Source: Phoronis australis (taxonomy: Eukaryota > Animalia > Phoronida). From it: DNA of 64,000 bases. Location: assembly GCA_002633005.1 (NCBI GenBank), contig NMRA01000095.1:487901-551900 (forward strand). The letters run 5' to 3'. A model generated the notes under the pieces. That model did no database searches. It had not been told where the DNA came from and saw nothing but the letters and a program-made list of their open reading frames with translations. The position numbers and the translations under genes were made by a program. Shown here piece by piece: positions 23,101-38,100 of the stretch (the stretch's first letter is position 1; each line of letters starts with the position of its first letter).

Positions 23101-26100
23101 GGCCAACAATTAGTTCCCTTTTTTACCTGTACTGTTCTCCCCTGAGTAGGGTGTACCAGTGTTTAATGTGTTCGTTGTTGTATATTTTATACACCATTGA
23201 CTAGTCTAGTGGTTCAAATATATCCAAACAAACAAATAACACGAAGAAGTTGTTACTGGTTGAAAACCACATGCGGTGTACTATTCCATTTTCAATTTCT
23301 GTGAGCTGTATACATACAATTTTACAAGATTTTGATTTTATATATTTTACTGTATTAAGAATGATAATTGTACCTGTGTACATTTTTAAGTAAAAACAAA
23401 GTTACAAAAAGGAAATAAGGTGTGACTATCACTCACTCATACACATTCACGCAGTTGATTTGATAATTTTAAAAATCAATAAATAATTAATATTACTTAA
23501 TTGTTGTTATTAATATTATTAATTAATAACAAATGAATAGTAATGGTGTATTAATTGTTCATAAAGTGGCGTTAGAAATAAAAATAATTGAAATTATCAT
23601 TTTACATTCTAATTTTCACATTGTCTGCTTTTTGTTTTTAAAAATTTATTGTAACATTATTGTATTTCAAAATGAATGGCTAAGAGCAAACCAATCAGGG
23701 CATAACGGATGTTGATAACACGTCGTAAGTAAATGGAATATTCGATCATAGCGATAACGGTCTATCAGCAAGGACACGGCTAGAGAACTCAAATGACAAA
23801 ATTTGAATGCATTCTTAGTAATATTATCATGTTCTCCTTGTGTGAAACTTCCTACTTTTTATGAAGTCTTGTCACCCAGTTGGCTAAAATGATCTTCAGT
23901 AATATGGAATATTGTATGCATCCGCATCAGTGTTTGAACGTATTTCTGTCAATAAGGTTTGGCAGAAACTTTTAAAGGAACTAATACCTTATGAACATTA
24001 TGACAAGTGAAGTGTACTTTTAAAGACTATATTAGCACAGCTGTCGTCATCGACAACAGCTTGACCAAATTATGTGAATCTGTTACTGTGCGTTGTTAAG
24101 GACAATTATTTCCCACTCGGTGTCTGAGCTTTGTCTTAAAAATCAGAGCAACTGTAAATCACTAAATAATTATGCACACAAATACGTAGGCATCCCCTTA
24201 AGGTGTAATTTTCATATTGTATTTACCTGCGACAATAGTTGAGTTACCTAATTTATTAAGCCATTGATTTTCACATCAGAATTTTCAACAGAAGTATACC
24301 ATCTGCTATAGTTATCGACTGAACAATGAGTGCATTTGACATCTGACCAATGCAAGTTTTGGATAAGTAGTATTGTGTGGAGATGATTAAGTGTTTACTA
24401 TCTTAGTTCTATGACTGACTCTAGTACCTCTATTTTACAAGACATTCAGATGTTTTGACCATCATGATGAACACCAAGACCTTTGTAAATATGCGTTTGC
24501 GTATTTTTTTGTTCATTATTGCATACTTCATAAATCTTCAATGGCGTTTGCAAACGCTGGGAGTTGCTTGTGATTTATAAAATCGCTTTCTAACAAAGTT
24601 TAATTTAATTGATTTTTCAACTCCAACATCAGAGCGAGACTGGTATTCAGTCTGTTGCTCTTGACGCCATTCGTGAAACACACAGAGGGAAGTGACATTC
24701 ATATGACATTCCCATTGCAACACTCTAAAAATGAATGCTCATTGAATTAATATTGTTTCCATAGTGACAATAAATGTTAAGGCCTCTTCATACCAACTTA
24801 ACTCCAGTACTAGGGATTGTCACTGAAAACTTCAAAGTATCTGAACCTTTCAAATAAGCTTTGGTGGTTAGTGGACAATAAAGTTGTCGCAGTTTGACGT
24901 GGAAATCATCACATTTATCACAAGATGGCGTTCCAAAACTGTTATACTGGCGTAGTTTAGATTTGAATTATCTTGTGGTTGGCGAAGAAATGAGAGGAAG
25001 TGCTTATAGTTATAAAATTGTGAACATTTGAAAAAAATATAAAGTATTATGACAACATCTAGGACCAATATTAAATGTGTACCATTATTGAAAGGATTTC
25101 TCTGATGACAGGGAATTAACCACTTTGATTCCGTCTTGGCTCCAGTATTCAATCCATCTGTTTACTGCACCAGTGAAGTTAACCATTCATATGGACCAAC
25201 ACTCCCTTCTGTGTTATTTCACTCTGAAACCATAGCTATCCCGGTTGGTCTGGTTTGGCCCAAAGCATATCTCCCCTGATTGTTGATCTTGACTTGTACT
25301 GATAAGATATGAACAGCAGGACACATTGTTTAATTTGTTCACTCATGGGAACCAAAAAATTCTGCAATTCTGGACACCAGCTCAATTGTTAGGTTAAACA
25401 ACCTCTTATGTTTTAACTTTTTATCTCCAAAAGCATTTTTCGTCTTGTTGGTATTTGTTTGATGTGAACGCCTTAGCTACAAACTTGTTTGCCTTAGCTA
25501 CAAACTTGTTTGTTTATCCATTTACCGTTGCCATAGAAACTGATATAGCCTCAGGCTATGTCTGCTGACTCATGGCTAGCCTTATACATGCTTGTCATTC
25601 AGTCCCTATGTAGACATCTTACTGTTATGTAGCACCTTAATTGCAGGACTGAGTATATACTTTAGTCAAATATCTATAAAATCATAGATTTTTAACTTTA
25701 TAGAATTGTATTTTCCAAAAGTAAAAAACCTTGAGAATTTTATTATTGATTTTTCACCAATCTATTATTGAGTCACATGACCGTGTCTTTTTTAGTAAAA
25801 TTAAGCTAACAAGACAAATACATTGATATCAAAACAACCGTATTTATAACATGATCAAATTTTATTTGATATAAACGTTGAAAGTGAGATCTCAAAATTG
25901 CTGTTACAGATCTAAAATGTTTTTTTTTACATTTTATGAAACTTGGAAATTTGGACAATTTTCTATGGCAATACATAACTTTAAAAATTTTCTTATTAAG
26001 ACTAAAGGCAAAGCTAGCTTTAAAAAAAATAATTGCAGGCGGTCTGGTACAATGTGTACATGCGCAGGCCGCGCTTGGCCCATTGCACTGATCACTTGGA

Positions 26101-29100
26101 AATATTTTTGTGCTTTATTAGGATATAGTTAAAACCAAGCTGAGGAGCCTGAAACCTGACTCAAGGGTCTAGCAGTGTGGCCCAGTGGGACTCGAACCCA
26201 CGACCTCGAGTAAACAAGGCGGGCACCATCACACTAGGCCACACTGCCTCCTCAAAGCCAGTTTTAAGTTAATGAAAGCATGTGTTTGAAATTATTTTTT
26301 TATCAAAGGCAGATATATGGCAGCTTTGAAGCTTTTTAGGCTCTATATTTTGTGCATGTAGATTCACAAATTTCACCAGTCTAGGGACTAGTCTAAAAAC
26401 TTTTTATAGACACCAGTTTCAAGAGACTAATTTCATCAGGAATGAACTTTATGTACAAGTTTCTTTTCAGGCTTTATCAGTACTTGTAACTGATAAGATT
26501 AGCAAATGAGGAGAGAAGCATTCTGTGACTCCGGAGGGAGGTCTGTTAAATGGAAAGTGACTTAAAAGGCTTAGATAGAACTTTTAGTGTTGCGTTCCAC
26601 ACTTTTTGTGAAAAATTTTTTAATCTCATTTAAGCTAAAGTGCAGTCTCTGAAAATTTACATAACTGCTAGTTACTGAGATATTTTCTATTAAATTATTT
26701 TGAATAAAGACAACAACTTTTCTAAAATATAGCAACATGTTTGGGCATTAAAATATCAACCATTGGCAGGCTTTATTCAGAGAATAGATTCCAGGATAGC
26801 TACAGGTACAATAAACAGAAAATTTCTGGTATTTTGGAATTTTCTGTGTATTGTATCTGTATCCATCCTGACATCCATTCTCTGAATAAAGCCTGGCGAT
26901 GATGGATATCTTACTGCTAAAACATTTTAGAAAAGTTGTAATTACTTCACTAGACCTCCATTTAGCAACTGTGAAGACCAAATTTCTGTCTTTTAAGACA
27001 CTTAAAAGTGTTTTAAGACTTAAAAGTCATTTTCATGAAACCGATTTCTGGTTTATTTTTACTTTTCAGGCACATCTGCTATAGAGGCCTCAGCGCCATC
27101 TACTGTCACTATAGAAACGACGTCAACACCTCTCATGTCCCAGCCTTCGACACTCCTTCCGTCCAATAGTAGTAATCCGGCCACTAAAACTCTGTCCACT
27201 GTTACCTCAGGTATGCCTCACAATGTGTGCACTTTCAAGCCTTCATGATATCTTGGGCCCAAGCTTGTCAAAGTTCACTCTAAGTGCACTTACACTCAAG
27301 GTTATTCTACTCTGGTATCTGTTTTCGATGCCGTAATGTTTTACTGGCGTGCAACTTTGAAGGTAGAAAGTTGGATAAACGTGAAAAGCATCTGTTAATG
27401 TGATATTTTCCGACATGATTCCTGGAGTCAGCCTGGCATTTTTGAAATGAGGCCAATGTGTCTATGCATTGCCCTACCTCCCTGTCAAAGGACGTTTTCT
27501 AGTCGGTCCGTCCTGTTGCTAAAATTATTGTTTTCGATTTTTCTAAAGCTGATTACCTCAATTTAAATTTAACTAAATGTGGTTTTATATCTACTCGGTA
27601 CAAGTCAAATTAATAGTTGACAAAACAGTTTTTAATCTTCATTTTTGTTGAGGAATTTCAGAAAATACAATTAGTGTGAAGAATAACCCACTTTGTGACA
27701 TGTAGTGATTTAACTTTCGTCCCCAATTAGGGTGAAAATTAACTCACTTTCCAACATTTTATTTTAATTATTCTGTTGACAATACAGTTTTCCATTAAAC
27801 AATTAGATCTCCATGCTGTGTCACTTACATGGACTGTACATGTCTGTTAATTGTTAATTGTTTGTTACTCAAAGGTAAGTAAGCTGCGCATGTCTTTGGA
27901 GCTTGAACTGTCGTGAGACAGGTGTTTACAAATTCACTGGCACTTTCAAGGAAGTTTCCATTGTATAAGTTGGAGTTAGGCATTAAAACAAGAAGCAGCT
28001 TTTAAAGGTGGAAATTTTGATGGTGTGTTCAGCCGGATCAGGTAATAGTCACTTAAAGTGGTCCCACATTTTGAGAACCAGTTTTCTTTACTGAATAACA
28101 AGCATCAACTGGTTCTCAAATCCGAGCACCCCTGTAAGTGACTATGGCCCAGGTGGTAAATAGAAGGTACACCATGTTGTAATTAAAAAGTCCATTAGGT
28201 TGTTGTCATGGCACAGGGTGAAATATCAAACATCTGTTCTTGCTTTACATGGCGTTGTGTTTACTCTTCACTTGTGTATGTCAACTGTCTGCGAGCATGA
28301 TCTGACTGGGACATTGAGTAAAACAGAATAAAGTTTTCATTTCAAAGAATTCTCCTCCGATTAAATTTGGAATTTTGTGCTTCACTTTTCATGCGCGCAC
28401 CCAGCCTAAAATATAGGAGGGCTCTAATCTTTCTTTTACTGAAAGAGGACTGAAAGAAAAAACGGGTCGCTAGGTTTACTCCGACTTTTTGTTTCATTGA
28501 GGTGGCCCTTTTTGTCCGATTCGCCAAATTGGGCGGCTCATTCGAGCCCCTCGAGCCCCCCTGGGTACGCCCATGCTTTTGCATCATTTCGATGTGGCCG
28601 AAATTCTTTTCAGAACTATAAAACGTGGATGTTTTAAGCATTGTGGATTGTTCTGCAACATTTCGTGTCTCTGTTATGGTCATCCTTTGAATCTACTGCA
28701 TTAAGACAGCATTCTGTTATTGCTTATGTTTGAGAAATAAAGGCAATGATACACTCAACTCTTCATTAAGGGAAATTTTGAAGATTTGTGTGTTATTAGC
28801 AGTACCCCTGGGACATATATGACACTGAATGACCTATTAAATGACCTATTCAGCCCTTCAAACTTATCAAAATTTTATAGCTAGACTATTGCTTTACAGT
28901 GCAAAAAACACTTTTAAGCCACACCCGAGAGGGTGATACCGCATTACAGTTTGCAAAGTACTTAGTGTTGGTCGTTAACCAAGTTCAACTCTAAGGAATA
29001 TTCAATGTCTTACAAAATTAAAATAAGTTCTTGGCAAATGATGAAATGTGGCATTATAGTGCACAGTAAAAATTGTCCCATTTTGGATGGTCTTTAGAAT

Positions 29101-32100
29101 TTTTAATTCACAGACTGCTACAGAAATTGAATTTTCTCGATTTTTGAATTTGGAACGTTGGTGATTTTAGTGGTTGCTGTGTTTCTCAAATTTCGAACGT
29201 GTTTTCATTCTGCAGGGTGGGTAAATTTGATGTCTTTCCAGTAATTCTTTGGGACGACCAGTATTGCCTATTTCTAGAACAAAGCATTTGATTTTTCACT
29301 GTCCAAATCAATTCGCTTCTAACTTTGTTTTGAATGCTCAAAATTTCACAAAAGTTTATGTGATGGTAGGTGTAGGATACAACTTAATAATGACATACTC
29401 TGTTGTGTTTTTTATTTTATGAAAAAGTTGTAAATGCTTTTTTACTAGTCTGACGAAGTGTCACCTGAATACAAGGTGAGGTTTCACAGCAATAAAAGTG
29501 ACATGTTTCTTGTTCATTTTCAGTACATTCCGTCCCACAATCCACTACCACTACTGATGCAGCTCAACCATCCAGCAGCATCGTAACCATGGATACGCCG
29601 ACGTCCGTCCACACAGGTATGATGCCTGGCACGCGTGATGCAACTTCTTCACCACTTGTCAGCACCATTGACTCTACTAATGTTTCACCAGCTTTGTCAC
29701 CAGATGTCACCCCTGCTGATACAACTAACCTGCATGTTCTCAGCGTTGTTTTCACTAACATTTCACCTACTGCGCTTGTCCATGTGGCTGCTGCTTCTTC
29801 TGTGAATGTTTTCAGTTCCGCAACTCATGCATCAAACGTCGGTGCCGCAGTGACGGCACCAGCTTTGAATTCTCTATCATCTGCGACTCTTGAGAAAGCA
29901 TTTTCCAGCAATTTAAAAAATGTGACTTCGGATGCATTGTCCAGCACTGAGCATATGTTTATTGTTTCAACTACCGCTATTGATACAGTGTCTACAGCCT
30001 TTGATGCTGTGACAGCTGTTACCTCACATCACAAGAAAACTGCTGAAAACTCTTTGACTGCTGATGTTAACACTTCCTCTCGTGCGACAAGCACGACAGG
30101 TGCTCAAATCAATGAAAGCTCAATATTTGTGGAGGAAACTTCCTCAGTTTTACTGCCAAACATATCTTCCGGTGTTACTGCTGATTCGTCATCTACTGTT
30201 TACGATGATACAACTGCCGAACAACCCTCAACGTCCTTGTTACCACCTGCATCTGCCATAATAGCCGACAAAAGTACATCTGCTGATTTAATGTCTGTTT
30301 ATGTGACAACTGCAAGTTCTCATCTTATGTCTACAGTGGACATGGTCTCTCTGCAATTGTCAACTACAGCAACAGATACAAGCTTTGAATTGATACCTAC
30401 TGCAACAGCAAGAGTGAATACAAGGTCTAATCTGATGCCCACAGCATCAGCAAATACAAACGTTGATCTGATGCACACAGCAACAATGAATACAAGCTTT
30501 GAATTGATGCTTACTTCTACAGTAAGAGCAAATACAAGCTTTGATCTGATGCCCACAGCATCAGCAAATACAAACGCTGATCTGATGCACACAGCAACAA
30601 TGAATACAAGCTTTGAATTGATGCCTACTTCTACAACAAGAACAAATACAAGCTCTGATCTGATGCCCACAGCAACTGCAGAGAATAGCTCTGGGTTGAT
30701 GTCTGCTTCAACAGCAAGAGCAATTACAAGTTCTGATATGACAACCACATCAACAGCAAATCCAAGCTTAGAATTGATGACTACTTCAACAGCAAGAGCA
30801 AATACAACCTCTGATTTGATGTCTGGTACCTCATCAGTTACAAGCTATGATGTGTTGCCTATAGCAACAGCAAATGCAGGAACAGGTTTGGTGTCTGCTA
30901 CTACAGCAGGTACAAGCCCTGTAGTGATGTCAACAGGAGCAAATACAAGCTTTGAAACGATGTCTTCAGCAGCAGTTAGTACAAGGACAGGTCTGATGCC
31001 CGTTAGAGCTACAGATACAAGCCATGTACTGATGACTGCTGCAACCACAACTGCCGGTGCAAATGCTAGTTCTGAACTGTTGTCCATTGTGACAGCAAAC
31101 GTAAGCTCTGTATTGGTATCTATTGCAACAGCTAATGCGAGATCTCCTCTAATGCCTAGACCAACATCAACTGCAAACACAAGCACAGGCACAAGTTTAA
31201 TGTCTTCTACAGCAAGAAGTACTAGTTCCGAACTGATGCGTTCAGCAGCACCGGAAGCAAATTCGAGCTTTGATCTGATATCTACTAAATTAGCAAATAT
31301 AGTCTCTGATTCAGCATTACCTACATCACTAGATACAAACTTTGGGGATATGTCTGCTGTGTCAATGAATAGAAGCATTGATCTGTTATTTTCTGCTACA
31401 GCAGATACAAGCTCTGATTCCATGTCCACAGCATCAGTAAATACAAGCTCTGCTCTGATGTCTATTGCAGCAGCAGATACAAGCTCTGACTTTGTCTCTT
31501 CAGTTGCAAACTCAAGTACAGATCTGATCCTCACTGTAACAGGTTCAAGTTCTGTTCTGGTATCTGCTACAATAATGGCTGGAAGCTACAAACAGTTATT
31601 AACAGCAACGCCATCTACAGGCTCTGATCTGACACTCACTACAGCACCGGTTTCAAGCCCTGATTTGATGCCTACTACAACTTCTAATTCAACTCTTGTT
31701 CTGATGCCTTCTACAATGGCAGACGTAAACTCCAAACAGATATCTGCTGCAGCAATAGATACAAGTTTTGATCCAGCATCTACTACCACAACAAACACAC
31801 TAAGAAGTGTGACATTGCCTACAACAGCTAGTGGGGAATCCAATGCAGTAGGAATTATCTCCTCTTATCAAGTAAATACTGCAGCATATACAAACTCTGG
31901 TAAAATGCGTTCAAAAACAGAGACTGCAAGTGCTTCTCTGTTGTCTTCTACAGCAAGTCCAAGTTCTGATGTGATACCTACAGAAGCATCAAATACAAGT
32001 GGTCCTCTGTTGTCTTCTACTGCAAGGCCAAGTTCTGATCTGATACTTACAGAAATATCAAATACAAGTTCTTCTCTGGTGTCTTCTACTACAAGGCCAA

Positions 32101-35100
32101 GTTCTGATCTGATACCTACAGAAATATCAAATACAAATGCTTCCCTGGTATCTTCTACATCAAGTCCAAGGTCTGATCTGATACCTACAGAAACATCAAA
32201 TACAAGTGTTTCGCTACTGTCTTCTACATCCAGTCCAAGTTCTGATCTCATACCTACAGAAGCATCAAATACAAGTGGTTCGCTAGTGTCTTCTACATCA
32301 AGTCCAAGTTCTGATCTGATACCTACAGAAACATCAAATATAAGTGATTCTCTGTTGTCTTCTACTGCAAGGCTAAGTTCTGATCTGATACCTACTGAAG
32401 CATCAAATACAAGTGGTTCTCTGTTGTCTTCTGCTGCAAGGCTAAGTTCTGATCTGATACCTACAAAAACATCAAATACAAGCGCTTCACTAGTATCTTA
32501 TACAGCAAGTGTAAGTTTTTATCTGATACCTACAGCAGCATCAAATACAAGTGGTTCTCTGTTGTCTTCTGCAGCAAGTCCAAGCTTTGGTCTGATACCA
32601 ACAGAAACATCAAATACAAGTGCTTCCCTGGTGTCTTCTAAATCAAGTCCAAGTTCAGATCTGATACCTACAGAAACATCAAATATAAGTGATTCTCTGT
32701 TGTCTTCTACAGCAAGTCCAAGTTCTGATCTGATACCTACAGAAGCATCAAATACAAGTGGTTCTCTGTTGTCTTCTACTGCAAGGACAAATTCTGATCT
32801 GATACCTACAGAAATATCAAATACAAATGCTTCCCTGGTGTCTTCTAAATCAAGTCCAAGTTCTGATCTGATACCTACAAAAACATCAAATACAAGCGCT
32901 TCACTAGTATCTTATACAGCAAGTGTAAGTTTTTATCTGATACCTACAGAAGCATCAAATACAAGTGGTTCTATGTTGTCTTCTGCAGCAAGTCCAAGCT
33001 TTGGTCTGATACCAACAGAAACATCAAATACAAGTGCTTCCCTGGTGTCTTCTAAATCAAGTCCAAGTTCTGATCTGATACCTACAGAAACATCAAATAT
33101 AAGTGATTCTCTGTTGTCTTCTACAGCAAGTCCAAGTTCTGATCTAATACCTACCGAAACATCAAATATAGGTGGTTCTCTGTTGTCTTCTACAGTGAGT
33201 GCAAGTTCTAATATGATACTTACAGAAACACCAAATACAAGTGCTTCGCCAGTGTCTTCGACACCAAGTCCAAGTTCTGATCTGACACCTATAGAAACAG
33301 CAAATTTTACAAGCGATTCTCTACTGTCTTCTACAGCAAGTCCAAGTTCTGATCTGATACCTATAGACATAACGAATAGAGGTGCTTCTCTGCTATCTTC
33401 TACAGAAAGTAAAAGCTCTGATCTGATGCCTACAGAAACATCAAATACAAGTGATTCTCTGTTGTCTTCTACAGCAAGTCCACATTCTGATCTGATACCT
33501 ATGGGAATGTCAAATACAAGTGATTATCTGTTGTCTTCTACAGTGAGTGCAAGTTCTTATCTGATAGTTACAGAAACACCAAATATAGGCGCTTCACTAG
33601 TGTCTGATCTGATACCTATGCAAACGTCAAATACAAGTGCTTCTCTACTGTCTTCTACACCAAGTCCAAGTTCTGATCTGATACCAATAGAAAGAGCAAA
33701 TTATACAAGCGCTTTTCTATTGTCTTCTACAGTAAGTCCAAGTTCTGATCTGATTCCTACAGAAGTAGCAAATATGAGCACTTCGCTTGTGTATTCTACA
33801 CGTAAAAGCCTTTATCAGAAGCTTACAGAAACTACAAATGTGGGCACTTTTCTATTGTCTTCTGCTGCAATTGTAAGCTCTCACCTGATGCCTACAATAA
33901 CAACTACAAGCACTAATCTCTTACCCACAGTCATATCAAGAGCAAGTACCAGTGTGATATCAGTAATAAATGACACAAGCTCTCATCTGATGTCATCTGC
34001 AATAGGAAGCACAAGCTCTGTTCTGATATCTTCCACACCAGCCTTTTCAGACTTGGAACTGACAACAGCAAATTCAAGTTCTCATGTGATCCCTACGACA
34101 ACAAATGTAAGCTCTAGCTTCATATCTACCACTATTTCCTCTGATCTGATGGCTTCTACAACTGCAAGTTCACATCTGTTATTCAGTGTAAGCGTAGAAC
34201 CCACTACTATAGCAAGAGAAGACAAAAGCTCTGGTATGATGTTCACTACAAATCTAGATGTCACGTCTGCTCTTGTGTCAACTACAGCAACAAATGCAGG
34301 ATTGAGTCTAAAATCTGCTCCAGCAGCAGATAGAAGCTCTGCTCTGATGAACACTGCAGTAGTAAGTTCAAGTTCTGAGTTGGTTCCAACTCATACATCA
34401 ATTACAAGCCCCGAACTGGTATCTTCTGCAACAAATGCAAGATCTCATCTGACGAGTATTGAAATGGCAAATACAAACTCTGATCGGATCATTATAGCCT
34501 CTTCAAGAACATTGTCTGATCTGACACCATCAATAAGAGCTTCAAAGTCTGTTCTGGAGTTTTCCACCCCAAATGATACAGTTTTGAATGTAACAAGCTA
34601 TTATCTACTGTCTACTGTAATGGCAGGAGCTAGTCTTGATCAAATCCTTATTGCAACAGCTATCTCAAGCTCTGATCTTGTGTTCACTGTAGTAACCGAT
34701 ACATTTCACCTGATAACTTCTACTACAGTAAACACTGCCCCTGAAATGATGTCTTCTACATCAGCAAATGCAAGCTCTGAACTGATACCTACAAGACACA
34801 CAATAAGTACAAGCTCTGAGCAGAGACCTACAACAACAGTAATGTCAGGTAAAAGCTCTTCTCTGATGCTGGTTACAACAACTCACTCAAGCTCTGACCT
34901 GATGCTCTCTACAATGGAAAATAAAACAGCTGTCCTGTTACCTATTTCAACATCAAGTGCAAGCCTTGATTTAATGTCTACAACAGACACAACCTCAGAC
35001 ATGATATTTGCTACAACAGTTGGTAGTTCTGATTTTATATCTGCAGTAACTGGAGAGTGGATGTCTGTTTCATCAACAGGTGCAAGTCTCAATTTGATGT

Positions 35101-38100
35101 CTTTAACAACACCAGATGTCACTTTAGATCCGATGTTCTCCACAACAACTGCAAGTGCAAGCTTGGATTTGACATCTCCAGCAAGTGTGGGCCCTGATTG
35201 GATGTCTACTACAACTCTAAATACAACCTCCTACTGGACAACTATTCCAACAACAAATAGAAGCTCTGATGTGATGTCTGCAACAACAATAGACGCTCAC
35301 TCTCATCTCATGCTTGTAACAACACCAAGTGCAAGTTATCCAACAAGTGCTGTATTAGCAAGTCCTAATTATAATTTGACATTTCCAACATTGTCATTTT
35401 TTGCCTCTGATCTGTTGCCCAGTACATTGATAGAATCAAGTTCTTACACAAGACCCACGGATAGGCAGTCAGCTACAAGTGCTACACCTTCACCAACTAT
35501 GGATGGCAATATTACTTCTAGCTTGATGTCATCTACAGATGGTGTGTTCACATCAGTGACATCCACAACAGACAGTGCACCTTCTAATGTGACATCATCC
35601 ATTGGGAAAACCATTACACAGGAGACATTGACAACAACACTTGCGAATAGGGAACCATCATTTACTGTTGTTGCGTCAGCTGCTACAGTATACAAGTCTG
35701 CTGATATGACCTCTTCTACCAATGAACTGTCCCTGAAATCTATCACTAGTGTCATTTCGTCAATTTTTTTTGTTGATCCGACACTGGCTGTTCATTCATC
35801 TATTGACTCATCCTTAAGTACGTCCACTTCAACATCACTGCATGCTGCCAACATAACCTCTACCAACATATTAATCTCACCCACTGCAACCTTGTCCACC
35901 ATTGGCAATGCTGTAAAGGCTACAACTCCGCTGCCTGCTTCTCTCAGTTCATTCCACACACAGGCAACAAAACAAAGCAAAGGAACGAGGAGTTCATTAC
36001 TTCCCAACGCAACTTTTTCTTATCACAATTCATCTTCAGATGTTTTCACAACCAAAGCGGTCACCGCAGTTAGCGAAAGTTGGTTGAATAACCTAACAGC
36101 TTATTCTACAAGGGAGATGTCAAAGGAAAACTTGACAAAAAGTACACGCCAAGTAATCACATCTGTTGGAGTGACAGGTGCTACAAATTCATCATCATAC
36201 CTTGGTTCTTTTCATATTCATGCTTCCTTGCCTGCATCTATGTTGTCTGCTATTCCAGTCAATTCTGACACAGCTGTGCATGCGATTAACACGGTATGGT
36301 CTTCAAACTTCACGGCGACCATGAATGCATCAGAAACCAATCTTTCTCTTTCAGAGAGTTCACCAACTACTGAACAAGGTTGGACAAGCAGCACCTCCGT
36401 TTCTTCAAAAGGAATACCTGTACCCTCAACCAGTGCTACAGCTAAAATGTCAACTGATACAATAAGCACTGGATCATCCGTTTTACGGGCGACTTCACCA
36501 ACTGCGGGTAGTAGCCAAAATAGTGTCACTTCTCATACACCACTGTCAACAACTGTTGGTGTGTCACTGGAAACTAGCAATGTTCAGAATGACACCACAG
36601 ACCTATCAAATACTTTCACAATAACAACTTCACCAAGTACAGAAGTTTCCACAAATTCTTTTATTGATAGCTTCCACAGTTTTTCCACAGTGAATCCACA
36701 CAGCACATCATTATCAACTATGACTGCCCCTGCTTCAATTAATAGTTCAACACCAGTGGCTCCCTCTGTTGAGCCAGTCAGTCCTACCATTCATACTACA
36801 GATGGTGTTCCAGGCACAAGTATCTCCATGGATACTGCTGGATATTTATCCTCAGTTTCCTCACTCAATGCTGAATTGTCATCAACATCAGCATCTGTAG
36901 GAGGAAGTAGTGTGGATTCAACAACAGCGTTGCATCATAGCAGTGCAACCACACATATAGCTACAACAGCGTTGCATCATAGCAGTGCAACCACACATAT
37001 AGCTACAACAATGTTGCATCATAGCAGTGGAACCACACATGTAGCTACAACAACATCAGCATCTGTTGGAGAGAGTAGCCTGGGTTCAACATCTACATTA
37101 AGCAATAGTACTACAACCACACGTGTTGCTACAACATCGGCATCTGTTGGAGAAAGTAGCTTGGGTTCTACACCTACATTACACGGCAACACTACAACCA
37201 CACATATACCTACAGCAACATCAGACCTTAACAGTATTACAGACTCAATATCCCTGTTGATTAGTGATACAACTGTAGCATCCAGAGTTCCCCCTAATAC
37301 AGCACCTTTGTCAACAAATTCTGAATCAACATCCATACCCATTGATGTAACATCCACCACCCTGATAGTTACTGAAACAAATACCACAAAACCAGTTACA
37401 ACTAAATCTGTTCCTTTGACAACAGACTCCGTTACACTTACTGCTGATGTGAGTTTAACGTCGTCACTTCCTGCCACTTTACGTCCCAATGTAGCAGCCA
37501 CTCAGACTGCATCCGATACCACAGAGACGACAATGTCAAGTGAAGGCAGTGACTCATCAGTAACAACCACACCCATTCCAATCACTTCTGGCTCTACTAA
37601 ATTAAATTCAACAGTCGGGCAAATTACTAACACATCAAGCGTAGGTTCTACTATGTCGATGACATCTGTGGTGCCCTCCAGCGGCAGTGTTGAATTGACA
37701 GTGGCAGTTTCTGATACTAATAGCACCACTGTTGCCGGTGCTCCTGGTGTTCAGACTACTACTTATCTCGCCACATCATTTACCTCAGCTGTGTCATCTA
37801 ACAGTGACACTAGTGTAACCAGTCCAGAATTTGTTACGACTGCACCGGTAACAAACCGCATTGTTCTGACTAGTGGCTCCATTGCGGTGTCTGATCCTAC
37901 CAGTACACTGGTTAATTCAAACCAGAGTGATTCCTCTGCCAGTCTGTCAAGTGCAACTACTTCTATTAATACTAGTTTGTCTACTACTATGAACTCAATG
38001 CCTTCTACTGATGATGTCTCCACGGCAACGACGAGTTACAGTTCTGATACATCAATAGGACCTACCGCTCCTGCTTCACAATTTACTACTATTTCAACCC

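Noticed and set aside
26128-26253. tRNA-like sequence with A and B boxes (also at 14060-14186)
   Set aside because: There is no convincing cloverleaf and the two copies share a non-tRNA 3' body, so these are SINEs rather than tRNA genes.
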